From: an uncultured Actinomycetes bacterium
GTDB taxonomy: Bacteria; Actinomycetota; Actinomycetes; S36-B12; GCA-2699445
Direction: 5' to 3'
Length of the DNA stretch: 59,939 bases
Assembly: GCA_964631645.1 (NCBI GenBank)
Contig: CAZVYU010000001.1
Location: 5,610-65,548 of the forward strand
In this document: positions 18,007-27,913 of the stretch, one piece after another
Position numbering within the stretch: the stretch's first letter is position 1
How the letters are laid out: the number at the start of each line of letters is the position of its first letter
Made by a program: the position numbers and the translations under genes
The notes under the pieces: generated by a model
Seen by the model: the letters and a program-made list of their open reading frames with translations, nothing else
The model's database searches: none
What the model was told of the DNA's origin: nothing

Positions 18007-18609
18007 ATGCCCGACGTCCCCCACGAATGGATCGACACCCTCCGCGGTGGCGGTGTTGTGCGGCTTGGCGCGTCCGATGTCGCCGACAGCGATCTCGAGT
18101 CGTGGGCCGCCACCACTGACCGCGCCGTGCTGACGCTGGATACGCAGGACTGCAGCACCGAATCAGAGTTGCTCGCGACGCTCGGTGCCGTGTTCGGACT
18201 CGACGAGGACACCGACGCGGAATGGGACACGATCGACGACTGCTTGGCCGACTATGACGTCGGACCGGCCGGCGGACTGGTGATCGTGTGGACCGGCTGG
18301 GACGGACTGGATGAGGACGCCGAGGACGCCATGCCCACAGCCGTCGATGCCTTCGCCACCGCGGCTCAGACATGGACCGATGAAGGACGACCGTGGGCGG
18401 TGCTGGTCGTCGGTGACGGACCGTCCTGGCAGTTGCCCTGGCTGGGGGCGGGGCCACCCCCATGGGAGGACGACGCCGCGGACCTCGACGAGCTTGGCGA
18501 TGCCGAGGACGATGACGACGAGGAGTGGGACACCGACGACGCCGAGATCTCCGACGAGTCCTACACCTTTGACGAGGAGCGGGCGGGCGACCCCGTCAGC
18601 CCGTGGTGA
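18007..18609 (+). CDS. Barstar-like (RNase-inhibitor fold) protein with a long acidic C-terminal tail
   Basis: ...SELLATLGAVFGLDEDTDAEWDTIDDCLADY...GLVIVWTGW... parallels barstar ...[29 protein letters not shown]...LVLEWRQF.... GAGAGGAG lies 5 nt upstream of ATG 18007. The tail is about 50% Asp/Glu. Confidence 0.55.
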   Translation: MPDVPHEWIDTLRGGGVVRLGASDVADSDLESWAATTDRAVLTLDTQDCSTESELLATLGAVFGLDEDTDAEWDTIDDCLADYDVGPAGGLVIVWTGWDGLDEDAEDAMPTAVDAFATAAQTWTDEGRPWAVLVVGDGPSWQLPWLGAGPPPWEDDAADLDELGDAEDDDDEEWDTDDAEISDESYTFDEERAGDPVSPW

Positions 18610-18613
18610 GGCG

Positions 18614-20167
18614 TCAGCGCACGATGATGCAGGCCTCGGCCCGGGCCTCGGCCTGCGGGTCCTCCGGATGAAGGCCGTGTGACCCCGGGTCCTTGAGGAC
18701 CAGTCGACGTTCGCGCGGACTGGCCAGCAGGATCAGCGCGACGATGGCCAGCGCGAATGCGATGGCGACCAGGTCGGTGAGTTCGAACAGGGTGTCCGAG
18801 GTCGCGCTCGATTCCGCCATCCCGTGAACGGCGAACGCCGCCGTCAGCAGGATGGTCCAGCGCAGTTGCACCTCGGTCAGTCCCGTGACCGCGAAGAGCG
18901 GAAGAACCCACAGCAGGTACCACGGCTGGATCACCGGCCCCAACAGGACCACCGCGCCGAACGCCAGGGCACACCCTCGGACAGCGCTGCGGCCCTGCGG
19001 GCGCAGACACAAATAAGCCACGATCGCCAGCGAGGCGAACAAACCGATGATGCGACAGACGGCGACGGCCCCATCGTTGGACGGTGCCAACCCCAACGCC
19101 TGCAGGATTCCCCCGATGATCATGCCCAGGGCGGTGGGCGGGGACAACCAGGTCTTGACCTCGCCAGGGGCAGACAGAGAGGAGATCCACCCGGCTCCGG
19201 TGCCCGCCAGCAATGACGTCAGGACGAAGACCCCGCCTGCCGCCAGCGTCACCGCGATCCAGTCCACCACGCGCCGCCCGAACGTGGACACGGTGCCGGC
19301 CCGCAACAGTCCGACGAACGGCAGCGCCAGCAGGGCGATCGGTTTGACCGCGGCCGCGAGCCCCACCAGCCCGGCGCCCGCCAGCGCCAGCGCGGGCGAG
19401 CGGCCGGCCAGCGCGAGGCCCGCCAGGAGCAGGCCGACCATGAGGGCGTCATTGTGGGCGCCGGCCAGGAAATGCATGATCACCAGCGGGTTCAGCACCG
19501 TCAGCCAGACCGCCTTGGCCGGATTGATCCCGTGCTGCTGGGCCAGTTTGGGAACCGCCCACAGCATGAGCAGCAGACCGAGCACCGCGATGAGCCGGAA
19601 CATCAGGGCACCCAGGTAGGCCTGGCTGCCGCTGAAGGCCGCCACGCCGCGCGACAACAGCAGGAAGAACGGGCCGTACGGCGTCGGCGTCTCCCCCCAC
19701 ATGGGGTCGGCGCCGAAGGTGAACCAGCCGGGCAGCACGGACACCCCGGTGGTGTACGGGTCATAGCCCTCGAGCAGCAACCGCCCCTGCCCGAAATAGC
19801 TGTAGACGTCGCGGCTGAACAGTGGCGGCGAGATGGCCAACGGCGCCCCCCACACGCCCACCAGGGCGGCGATCCGGTCGGTTCCCCAGGGGCGCCCCGA
19901 CAGCAGGTCGTAGCCGACCACCAGCCACGTCTGCAACAGGATGGCGACCCCCGCGAAGATCATGAGTCGCGACAGGATCAGGCCCGGCGAGGTGTCGCGC
20001 AGAACCGCGACCAGCGGCCAATCGTGGACCACCGTCTCCAACGGCAGCCAGCCGACCCCGAAAGCGCCGACGGCGATGAGGATGGTTCCCAGGGCGCCCG
20101 GCAGGCCGTACCGGGCGAGGAACTCGCCCCAGGGATCCGCGGCGGGGCGCACGGGTCCATCGGTCAC
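18614..20167 (-). CDS. mptA: Polyprenol-phosphate-mannose-dependent alpha-(1->6)-mannosyltransferase (MptA-like GT-C membrane protein)
   Basis: Polytopic membrane protein with ...SRDVYSYFGQGRLLLEGYDPY.... Its position next to idsA matches Rv2173/Rv2174. Confidence 0.7.
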   Translation of the reverse strand: MTDGPVRPAADPWGEFLARYGLPGALGTILIAVGAFGVGWLPLETVVHDWPLVAVLRDTSPGLILSRLMIFAGVAILLQTWLVVGYDLLSGRPWGTDRIAALVGVWGAPLAISPPLFSRDVYSYFGQGRLLLEGYDPYTTGVSVLPGWFTFGADPMWGETPTPYGPFFLLLSRGVAAFSGSQAYLGALMFRLIAVLGLLLMLWAVPKLAQQHGINPAKAVWLTVLNPLVIMHFLAGAHNDALMVGLLLAGLALAGRSPALALAGAGLVGLAAAVKPIALLALPFVGLLRAGTVSTFGRRVVDWIAVTLAAGGVFVLTSLLAGTGAGWISSLSAPGEVKTWLSPPTALGMIIGGILQALGLAPSNDGAVAVCRIIGLFASLAIVAYLCLRPQGRSAVRGCALAFGAVVLLGPVIQPWYLLWVLPLFAVTGLTEVQLRWTILLTAAFAVHGMAESSATSDTLFELTDLVAIAFALAIVALILLASPRERRLVLKDPGSHGLHPEDPQAEARAEACIIVR

Positions 20168-20213
20168 AGCGGAACTCTACTGCCGCCCGGTGACCCGTCA
20201 CGCCGCCGAGCGG

Positions 20214-21695
20214 TCAGCGGCGCCCGGCCGGGCCGGCGATCCGTTCGGCGGCCAACCGGCCCGACACGAGGACCATGGGCACCCCCACCCCCGGTCGCGT
20301 TCCCGAGCCGGTGAACACGATGTTGTCGCCCCACAGGTTGCCCGGCCGGAAGGGGCCGGTCTGGAAGAAGGTGTGCGCTGAGGCGAACGGAGCTCCGGCC
20401 GCCATGCCGCGCTCCTGCCATTCGGCCGGGGTGGTGACGTGCTGGACCTCGATCCCCGAACCGAACCCGCTGTAGCCGCGGGCCTCGAGCACTCGTAGCA
20501 CCTCGTCGGTGTAGCGCGCCGTCTCGCGGCTCCAGTCGATGTCGGCGGTGGCATTGGGGGTCGGGAACAGCACGTAGTAGGCGTGCCGCCCCGCCGGTGC
20601 CAGCGACGGATCGTCACGGCTCAGGTGGGTGACCATCAGGCTCGGGTCGGACATCAACTTCTTGTCGTCGATCAGTTCGGCGAAGGTGCGCCGCCAGGCC
20701 GCCCCGAAGTGGATGTTGTGGTGCGCGGCGGCGGGGTAGTCCCGATCCGAGCCGGCCAGCATCACGAAGGCCGACGGCGAGTACCGCAGCCGGCGCAGTG
20801 TCCAGGGGTTGTGATCCAGCAGGTCTCGGTGCGCCACCGGCAGATCGGCGTTCACCACCACCACGTCCGCCGGGATCCGTTCGCCGGCCGCGGTGATGAC
20901 CGCAGTGGCCCGCCGCCCGGAGCGTTCGATGCGCGCCACCTCGGTGCCGTACCGCAGCTCGACACCGTGTTTGGCGGCCGCGCCGGCCATGGCGACCGGG
21001 ATCTCGTGCATCCCCCCACGGGGAACGCTGACCCCGGCCACGGAGTCCATGTACGAGATGATCCCGTAGATCGCCAGGGCCGAGAACGGGGAGACCCCGG
21101 CGTACATCGCCTGGAACGACAGGGACCGGATCGTGCGCGGGTCGTGCAGGAACTGGCGCACCTTGGTGTCGAGCCGCCGGAACCCGCCCATGCGCACCAG
21201 CCGCGCCAGGTTGGGGGTCAGCAGGTTCCAGGGGTAGTCGGTGTTGCGGTCGATGAAGTCGCCGAACTCGGCGTCGTACAGCTCGGTCAGGAAGTCCACG
21301 TACCGCAGGTAGCCAGCCGCTTCGTCGGGCCCGATGACCGTCTCGATCTCCGCCGCCATGCGAGCGGGATCGGAATGGACGTCCAACTGCGACCCGTCGG
21401 GGTAGTACGTGCGGTAGATGGGGTCCAGCGGCATCAGGTCGAGCCAGTCGCCCAACTCCTCGCCGACGGCGCCCAGGGCGTCACCCACCAACTCCGGCAT
21501 CGTCAGCACGGTGGGGCCGGTGTCGAACGTATAGCCGGCGTCCACGATCCGGCCGGCCCGCCCGCCCGGAATGTCCTCGCGTTCCAGCACGGTCACCGTG
21601 CGCCCGGTGCCCGCCACATGCAGGGCGGCCGACAGGCCGCCGAGGCCGGCGCCCACGATCACGACGTGTTCGGTGTTCCCGCTCACTGTCTTCAT
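20214..21695 (-). CDS. crtI: Phytoene desaturase
   Basis: N-terminal FAD fold VVIVGAGLGGLSAAL, CrtI-length protein, and a C-terminal ...FTGSGTRPGVGVPMV... signature. Confidence 0.9.
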   Translation of the reverse strand: MKTVSGNTEHVVIVGAGLGGLSAALHVAGTGRTVTVLEREDIPGGRAGRIVDAGYTFDTGPTVLTMPELVGDALGAVGEELGDWLDLMPLDPIYRTYYPDGSQLDVHSDPARMAAEIETVIGPDEAAGYLRYVDFLTELYDAEFGDFIDRNTDYPWNLLTPNLARLVRMGGFRRLDTKVRQFLHDPRTIRSLSFQAMYAGVSPFSALAIYGIISYMDSVAGVSVPRGGMHEIPVAMAGAAAKHGVELRYGTEVARIERSGRRATAVITAAGERIPADVVVVNADLPVAHRDLLDHNPWTLRRLRYSPSAFVMLAGSDRDYPAAAHHNIHFGAAWRRTFAELIDDKKLMSDPSLMVTHLSRDDPSLAPAGRHAYYVLFPTPNATADIDWSRETARYTDEVLRVLEARGYSGFGSGIEVQHVTTPAEWQERGMAAGAPFASAHTFFQTGPFRPGNLWGDNIVFTGSGTRPGVGVPMVLVSGRLAAERIAGPAGRR

Positions 21696-21705
21696 GCCAA
21701 TGTCC

Positions 21706-22767
21706 TCACGATCCGCGTCGCACTGCGACGTCCACGAGTTGGGCCAGGACCTCGGCCGCCTGCGGATCGAGCGGCGCTTCGGTGAGCGCGGCCCGCGCAG
21801 CGGCAGCTTCGGTTGCGATCAGATCCTCCATCTGCGCCCGGGCCGATGTGGTGTCCAGCAGTGCCCGCAGCCGGGGGATGTCGGCGGGATCGCCGGACTC
21901 CAGACCGGCTGCGAACCTGTCCCGATCGGCGTCGCCCAACTCGGCCAGCGCCAACGTGACGAGCACCGTTCGTTTGCCCTCGCGCAGGTCGTCGCCGGCC
22001 GGCTTCCCGGTCTCGCGCGGATCGCCGTAGACCCCCAGCAGGTCGTCGCGCAGTTGGAACGCCCGCCCCAGGGACACCCCGTAGTGACGCAGGGCCTCGA
22101 TCGCGGCCGGTGCCGCCCCGGCCATGGCGGCACCCAGATGGAGCGGCCGCTCGATGGTGTACTTCGCGGACTTGTAGGTGGCGACCTGCAGCGCCGCCTC
22201 GACCCGGTCGTTGCGTCGCACCTGCTCCAGCATGTCCAGGTACTGACCGGCCATCAGTTCGGTGCGCATCACGTCGTAGACGGGTTTGCCGCGGCTCAGG
22301 CCGTCGGCGGGCAGGCCACTGGCCAGCAACAGTTCGTCGGCCCACGACAGGCACAGGTCGCCGATGAGGATGGCGGCGGCAGCGCCGAAGTCCGCCGAAC
22401 CGCCGGCCCAGCGGGTGGCTTCGTGCAGCGACTCGAACTGCCGGTGGATCGCCGGGCGCCCGCGCCGCGAGTCGCTGCGGTCCATGACGTCGTCGTGCAC
22501 CAAGGCGCAGGCCTGGAGAAACTCCATCGCGGCGGCGGCGGACACGATCTCTTCGCCATCGGGGCGACCGGCGCTGCGCCAGCCCCAGTACAGGAACATG
22601 GCCCGCAGCCGTTTGCCACCCGCCATAAAATCGCCCAGCGGGTCCAACAGCGCACCGACATCGGGGCTGATGTCGTCCAGGATCACCCGTTGTCCGCTGA
22701 GGAATTCAGCCACCCGTTTGCCCACGCGGTCGCGGACTCCCGCCACGTCCCAGGGTGATTCAGCCAC
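21706..22767 (-). CDS. idsA: Geranylgeranyl diphosphate synthase (polyprenyl synthetase, IdsA2/CrtE-like)
   Basis: First Asp-rich motif LVHDDVMDRSDSRRG and second motif FQLRDDLLG. The track ORF extends to 23595, but that part is antisense to metF. Start set at GTG 22767 (uncertain within ~20 nt). Confidence 0.85.
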   Translation of the reverse strand: MAESPWDVAGVRDRVGKRVAEFLSGQRVILDDISPDVGALLDPLGDFMAGGKRLRAMFLYWGWRSAGRPDGEEIVSAAAAMEFLQACALVHDDVMDRSDSRRGRPAIHRQFESLHEATRWAGGSADFGAAAAILIGDLCLSWADELLLASGLPADGLSRGKPVYDVMRTELMAGQYLDMLEQVRRNDRVEAALQVATYKSAKYTIERPLHLGAAMAGAAPAAIEALRHYGVSLGRAFQLRDDLLGVYGDPRETGKPAGDDLREGKRTVLVTLALAELGDADRDRFAAGLESGDPADIPRLRALLDTTSARAQMEDLIATEAAAARAALTEAPLDPQAAEVLAQLVDVAVRRGS

Positions 22768-22848
22768 CCTTCGAGGGTAGAGGGGACCGCCGCGACCACA
22801 AATCCGACAGCGCCGATGTGCGTCGGGCCGGTGGGTTAGCCTTCTCGA

Positions 22849-23772
22849 ATGCCCCCCAGCCATCCCCTGCCCAGCCCCGCGCTGAGCAGCGTGCTGTCCG
22901 CGGGGGAGCGCTCCTTCTCGTTCGAGTTCTTCCCCCCGCGTACCGATGCCGGCGAGCAGTTGCTGTGGCAGGCCGTCCGCGAACTCGAGGCACTCCATCC
23001 CACATTCGTGTCCGTCACCTATGGCGCCGGCGGTTCCACCCGGGACCGCACGGTCCGGTTGACCCACCAGATCAAGGAAGAGACAACGGTCACTCCGGTG
23101 GCCCATCTGACCTGCGTCGCCGCCAGTTCCGCGGACCTCCGTTCGGTGATCGCCCAGTATGCGGACGCCGGCGTGTCGAACGTGCTGGCCATCCGGGGCG
23201 ACCCGCAGGGGGGGCCCGGGTCGCCCTGGGAGCCGTACCCCGGCGGCTTCGACCATGCGGTGCAGTTGGTCGCCCTCCTGAAGGAACTCGGTAACTTCAC
23301 CGTCGGCGTGGCGGCATTCCCCGAGGGTCACCCCGACGCCAAGGATCTGGTCAGTGACGTCCACGTCCTCAAAGCCAAGCAGGACGCGGGGGCGGACTTC
23401 GCGGTCACGCAGTTCTTCTTCGACGCGGCCGACTACTTCCGGCTCCGGGACCGAGCCGCCGAGGCGGGAGTCACGATTCCGATCATCCCTGGGATCATGC
23501 CCGTCACCAACGTGGCGCAGATCGAACGGTTCGCCCAACTGTCCGGGGCGGTCTTCCCCGAGGGCCTGGCGCGCCGCTTCCACCAGGTCGCCCACGACCC
23601 GGACGCGGTCGCCGACCTAGGTGTTGCGGTCGCCACCCAGATGTGCCAAAAACTGCTGGCGGGGGATGCCCCCGGGCTGCACTTCTACACGTTGAACCGG
23701 TCCACGGCCACCCGTGAGATCTACTCCGCCCTGGGGCTGCAGCACCGCCTGCCCTCCGGTGCGACCGTCTGA
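22849..23772 (+). CDS. metF: Methylenetetrahydrofolate reductase
   Basis: ...FSFEFFPPRT...VTYGAGGSTR...AFPEGHP... are MTHFR motifs. Syntenic with Rv2172c. Confidence 0.9.
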   Translation: MPPSHPLPSPALSSVLSAGERSFSFEFFPPRTDAGEQLLWQAVRELEALHPTFVSVTYGAGGSTRDRTVRLTHQIKEETTVTPVAHLTCVAASSADLRSVIAQYADAGVSNVLAIRGDPQGGPGSPWEPYPGGFDHAVQLVALLKELGNFTVGVAAFPEGHPDAKDLVSDVHVLKAKQDAGADFAVTQFFFDAADYFRLRDRAAEAGVTIPIIPGIMPVTNVAQIERFAQLSGAVFPEGLARRFHQVAHDPDAVADLGVAVATQMCQKLLAGDAPGLHFYTLNRSTATREIYSALGLQHRLPSGATV

Positions 23773-23811
23773 CACCACTCCGCCGGGGTCCTTGACTGGA
23801 AGACTGCACAG

Positions 23812-25296
23812 ATGGACCTCGATGGACTCGCCCTCGCCATGGTGGCGTCGGCGGCCGTGGTCCTGCTGGCCGTGCTGGGGGTCCGGTTCGCCGGCCTGAT
23901 CGGGGTCCCGGGCCTGCTGTTGTACCTCGGCCTCGGGCTGGTGCTGGGCTGGCTCTTCCCGGCCCTGGAGGTCCAGGACGCCCAACTGGCGACGGTGCTG
24001 GGGTACGGCGCCCTGGTCGTGATCCTGGCCGAGGGCGGTCTCACCACACAGGTGAAGGACCTGCGACCAGTCCTGTGGCCGGCGCTGACGTTGGCCACGG
24101 TCGGGGTCGCTGTGAGCATCGCCATCGTCACCGGTGCCCTGCTGCTGTTCACCGACGTCGACCTGCGCGTCGCGCTGCTGATCGGTGCCGTCCTGGCCGC
24201 CACCGACGCGGCAGCCGTGTTCTCGGTTCTGCGGCGGCTCCGGTTGCACCCGCGGTTGCGGTCGCTGCTCGAAGCCGAAGCCGGGTTCAACGACGCTCCG
24301 GTGGTAGTGCTGGTCGTCGTGCTCTCGGCCGGCACCCTCGAACCCGCCAGCGCCTGGCAGATCCCGCTGATCGTCATCGCCGAGCTGGTGGGGGGCATCG
24401 CTTTCGGGTTCGCGGTCGGTCTGGGAGCGCGCTGGGCGCTGCCCCGACTGGCGCTGCCGTCGGTGGGTCTGTACCCGATTGCCGTCATGAGTGTCATGGC
24501 CTTGGCCTACGGTGCGGCCGCTGTGGTGCACGCCTCGGGCTTCATGGCCGTCTATGTGGCCGGTGTCCTGGTGGGCAGTGCCGAGGGCCTCCCCCACCGC
24601 AGGTCGGTGATCGGGTTCGCCGAAGGACTGGCGTGGGCGGCCCAGATCGGACTGTTCGTCATGTTGGGCCTGCTGGCCCAGCCGGAGGAGGCGGTGACGA
24701 GCCTGGTGCCGGCGGCGGTGGCCGGCACCGCACTGGTCCTGTTCGCGCGACCGTTGTCGGCGCTGGTGTCCCTCTCGCCCTTCCGCGTGCCGGGCCGCTG
24801 GGTGGCCTTCGTGTCGGTCGCGGGTCTGCGGGGCGCCGTACCCATCGTGTTCGCGGCCATCCCACTGGGCCTGGGGGTCCCGGGCGCGAGTGTGGTGTTC
24901 GACGCGACTCTGGTCATCGTGGTGGCACTCACCCTGCTGCAGACCCCGCTGCTGCCCTGGGCCGGCCGCCGACTCGGGGTGGACGTCGGGTGGAAGGCGA
25001 CCGAGCTGCAGGTCGAGTCGGCCCCCATGGACCGCATGGGCGCGTCGTTGTTGGGGGTGGACGTCGATGACACGTCCCGCATCGCCGGGCTCTACGTCAT
25101 AGACCTGCGTCTGCCCGAGGGCGCATCTGTCTCCTTGGTGGTGCGGGACGGAGCCGGGTTCGTCCCCGACGCGCTGACCCGGTTCCGGCCGGGTGATCAG
25201 TTGCTCATCGTGGCGACCGACCCCGTCCGGCGGGCCGCCGTCAAACGGCTCCGGCTGGTGTCGAAAGAGGGGCGGCTGGCGGGCTGGCGGACGTGA
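23812..25296 (+). CDS. nhaP2: K+/H+ (CPA1) antiporter with C-terminal TrkA-C/RCK-C domain (NhaP2-like)
   Basis: About 12 TM segments with an ...ATDAAAVF...EAGFNDAP... exchanger motif. The soluble C-terminal domain reads ...LPEGASVSLVVRDG...RPGDQLLIVA.... Confidence 0.75.
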   Translation: MDLDGLALAMVASAAVVLLAVLGVRFAGLIGVPGLLLYLGLGLVLGWLFPALEVQDAQLATVLGYGALVVILAEGGLTTQVKDLRPVLWPALTLATVGVAVSIAIVTGALLLFTDVDLRVALLIGAVLAATDAAAVFSVLRRLRLHPRLRSLLEAEAGFNDAPVVVLVVVLSAGTLEPASAWQIPLIVIAELVGGIAFGFAVGLGARWALPRLALPSVGLYPIAVMSVMALAYGAAAVVHASGFMAVYVAGVLVGSAEGLPHRRSVIGFAEGLAWAAQIGLFVMLGLLAQPEEAVTSLVPAAVAGTALVLFARPLSALVSLSPFRVPGRWVAFVSVAGLRGAVPIVFAAIPLGLGVPGASVVFDATLVIVVALTLLQTPLLPWAGRRLGVDVGWKATELQVESAPMDRMGASLLGVDVDDTSRIAGLYVIDLRLPEGASVSLVVRDGAGFVPDALTRFRPGDQLLIVATDPVRRAAVKRLRLVSKEGRLAGWRT

Positions 25297-25311
25297 GCGT
25301 CGACTACCCGG

Positions 25312-26769
25312 TCAGGCGCGGCCGATGAGGTCGGCCACGATCTCGGCGCCCATCCCGACCAGCGGCAGCCCGCCGCCCGGGTGGGCGGTGCCACCGACCT
25401 GGAACAGGCCGGTCAACGGGCCCTGGTTGTGCGCGCGGCGCAAGACGGACATGGCCCCGTGGGATGCCGTGCCGTAGATGGCCCCGTCGGTGCTGCCGTC
25501 GCGCGCGCCCAGGTCGGCCGGCGTCTGCAGGATGCGCCACCGCACCCGATCCCGGATGTCCATCCCCCGGGCGGCCAGCAGGTTCAGGATCGTGTCGGCG
25601 TAGGCCTGGTTGGCCGACTCGTCGGACCAGTCGTGCCCGTCGGGTGCCCCCGGATCGTGGCGCGGGGCGTTGACGAGGATGAACCACGCCTCGGCACCGG
25701 GCGGCGCCATGGTGGGGTCGTCGGGCCGGCAGACGTAGATCGCCGGGTCGGACAGGGGCCGTCCCGCCGCGAGTTCCCGGAACTCGGTGGCGTACTCGTC
25801 GGGGAACCACACGGTGTGATGCCGTAGGCCGGGGGTGGGCTGGTCGACGGCCGCCATGATCGCGAAGCCGCCGTACGACTGTTCGACATCGGCAGTCGTA
25901 CCGGACTCGCCCAGGAGCTGTGGCAGTTTCCGCGAATCGCCGGCCGAGATCACCAGGTCGGCGGGGACGTGGTCGCCGGCCACCGTCGTGACCCCGGTCA
26001 CTGCACCGTCGGCGTGGGTGATCCGCTCGATGCCGGTGCCGAGCTTGAAATCGACGCCGGCCTTTTCGCAGCGTCGGTACAGCGCGTCGGCCAGCATGCC
26101 CTGACCGCCGCCGATGTGCCACAGCCCGAACGTCGTCTCGACGAAGGGAATCGTGATCAGGGCGCCGGGGGCGCGGGTGGGCTGCGAGCCGCTGTAGGTG
26201 GCGTAGCGGTCGAGGACATCCCGCAGCCGGGGATCCGACAGCGATGTCCCCATGTCGTGCAACGACTTCCACGGCGCCACGGTCCGCAGCGCGCGGGGTC
26301 GCGACAGCGACAGCAACTGCCGGGGTCCGGTCACGGCGGTTCCCAGCACATCGGTGCGGGTCAGGGTCCAGATGTCGGCGGCGCGGGCCATGAGGTCGCG
26401 CCACTCGGCGCCCGCCCGGTCGCCGAACTGGCTGCCGATCGCGGCCGTCGTGCGGCCCATGCTCGATCCAGGCAGACCCAGGGTGCTGCCGTCGGCGAAC
26501 CGGTACTCGAAGCCCGGTTCGCACTCCTGCAGATCGACCTCGTGTTCCAACGGCGGCCCGGTCTTGAGGAACAGGTCGCGGTAGACCGCGGGGAGGGTGA
26601 AGAGGCTGGGTCCGGCGTCGAAGGAGAAACCGTCGCGGCGGATGGTGCGCAGTTTGCCGCCGACCTGGTCCGAGGCGTCGAAGACCGTGACCTGATGTCT
26701 CTTGGCACCCAGCCGGGCAGCCACCGCCATTCCGCCGGCGCCTGCGCCGATGACGACGATCCGAGCCAC
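25312..26769 (-). CDS. CrtI-family FAD-dependent carotenoid desaturase (CrtD-like)
   Basis: IVVIGAGAGGMAVAARL dinucleotide fold, ...DAGPSLFTLP..., and a C-terminal ...GGTAHPGGGLPLVGMG.... It is a paralogue of the crtI at 20214-21695. Confidence 0.8.
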   Translation of the reverse strand: MARIVVIGAGAGGMAVAARLGAKRHQVTVFDASDQVGGKLRTIRRDGFSFDAGPSLFTLPAVYRDLFLKTGPPLEHEVDLQECEPGFEYRFADGSTLGLPGSSMGRTTAAIGSQFGDRAGAEWRDLMARAADIWTLTRTDVLGTAVTGPRQLLSLSRPRALRTVAPWKSLHDMGTSLSDPRLRDVLDRYATYSGSQPTRAPGALITIPFVETTFGLWHIGGGQGMLADALYRRCEKAGVDFKLGTGIERITHADGAVTGVTTVAGDHVPADLVISAGDSRKLPQLLGESGTTADVEQSYGGFAIMAAVDQPTPGLRHHTVWFPDEYATEFRELAAGRPLSDPAIYVCRPDDPTMAPPGAEAWFILVNAPRHDPGAPDGHDWSDESANQAYADTILNLLAARGMDIRDRVRWRILQTPADLGARDGSTDGAIYGTASHGAMSVLRRAHNQGPLTGLFQVGGTAHPGGGLPLVGMGAEIVADLIGRA

Positions 26770-26788
26770 GGGGCCAGCCTAGTCCGGC

Positions 26789-27913
26789 TCATTCAGTGGC
26801 GACGGCGCGGCCGCGCCACCGCAGGGTGCCGCGCCGCCGGCGGAATCCCGACACGGCGGTCAGCGACCACAGGGCCACCATGGCGAGCGGATGGGTGGGC
26901 GCCGACAGGACCGGCCCGCCCGTCGCCCGGGCGGCGATGACCCGGTTGACGACGGCCGCCGCATAACCGACCCTGGCCACCGACCGCAGCGTGGGATCGC
27001 GGCCGATCGCCGCGTAGGTCGGGGGGATCAGGTACACCGCGGCCAGGGCAGCGGTGACCGCGACCCCACGGGCGGGTCCGCCGAAAGCGCGCCACAGCGA
27101 TTTGGTGTAGCCCTCGACCACCGCGGCGTCGTCGGCGTACATGAGGCACCGAGCCACGGCAGACGCGTCGGCGACCATGCTGCGCCCTCCGCTGCGACGC
27201 ACCTGCCGGGCCAGGGCGATGTCCTCCAGTACCTCGCCGGCGACCGCAGCGTGGCCCCCGCACCGGACGTAGCCCGCCCGGGTCAGTACCAAGAACTGAC
27301 CGTTGGCCACCGCCAAAGAGGCGCGGTCGGTGGCCCGGTGGAGGGGAGTGGTCGTCAGCCACGACCACTGCTGCAACGGCTGGACCAGCCACGCCAAAGG
27401 GGTGGTGGCGAGTTGCCGAGGCCACGCGCTCAACAGATCGGCGCCGGACCGGCCCAGCTGGTCCACGGCCGTAGCGACGGCGTGGGGGTGAAGACGGACA
27501 TCGGCGTCGACGAACACCAGCACCGCGCCGGTCGCCGCGAGCGCCAACTGGTGACAGGCGTAGGGCTTGCCGAGCCAGCCGGCGGGGGGTTCCCCGGCTC
27601 CTGCCAGGAGGTGCACCCGCGGGTCGCTGCGGGCGTGTTCGGTGATCCGTGCGGCAGTGGCGTCACCGGACCGGTCGTCCAACACCAGGATCTCGAGGTC
27701 GGCCACGCCGCGTTGGGCACGCACCGACGCCAGGCAGTCATCGATCGTGGCGGCCTCGTCGCGCGCGGGGATCAGCACCGACACGCGCGATGAGGGGCCC
27801 GCCGGTGCTGATTCGGGGCGCAGGTGCGGCAGGTGCCGTCGGTTGGTGGCGGCATGGACGGCGCCGGCGATGGCGAGTGCCGAGGTCACCAGCACAGCGG
27901 TGCGCATGCTCAT
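26789..27913 (-). CDS. Family-2 glycosyltransferase, membrane-anchored (CruC/CrtX-like carotenoid glycosyltransferase candidate)
   Basis: VSVLIPARDEA, LDDRSGD and VDADV (DXD) motifs, with C-terminal TM segments. ATG 27913 overlaps the cruF-like stop (ATGA). Confidence 0.8.
   Translation of the reverse strand: MSMRTAVLVTSALAIAGAVHAATNRRHLPHLRPESAPAGPSSRVSVLIPARDEAATIDDCLASVRAQRGVADLEILVLDDRSGDATAARITEHARSDPRVHLLAGAGEPPAGWLGKPYACHQLALAATGAVLVFVDADVRLHPHAVATAVDQLGRSGADLLSAWPRQLATTPLAWLVQPLQQWSWLTTTPLHRATDRASLAVANGQFLVLTRAGYVRCGGHAAVAGEVLEDIALARQVRRSGGRSMVADASAVARCLMYADDAAVVEGYTKSLWRAFGGPARGVAVTAALAAVYLIPPTYAAIGRDPTLRSVARVGYAAAVVNRVIAARATGGPVLSAPTHPLAMVALWSLTAVSGFRRRRGTLRWRGRAVATE

Noticed and set aside
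22768-22848. SAM/folate-type riboswitch upstream of metF.
   Set aside because: The divergent intergenic region is only 81 nt, too short for the SAM-IV or other known SAM aptamers as well as two promoters. I saw no conserved aptamer core.
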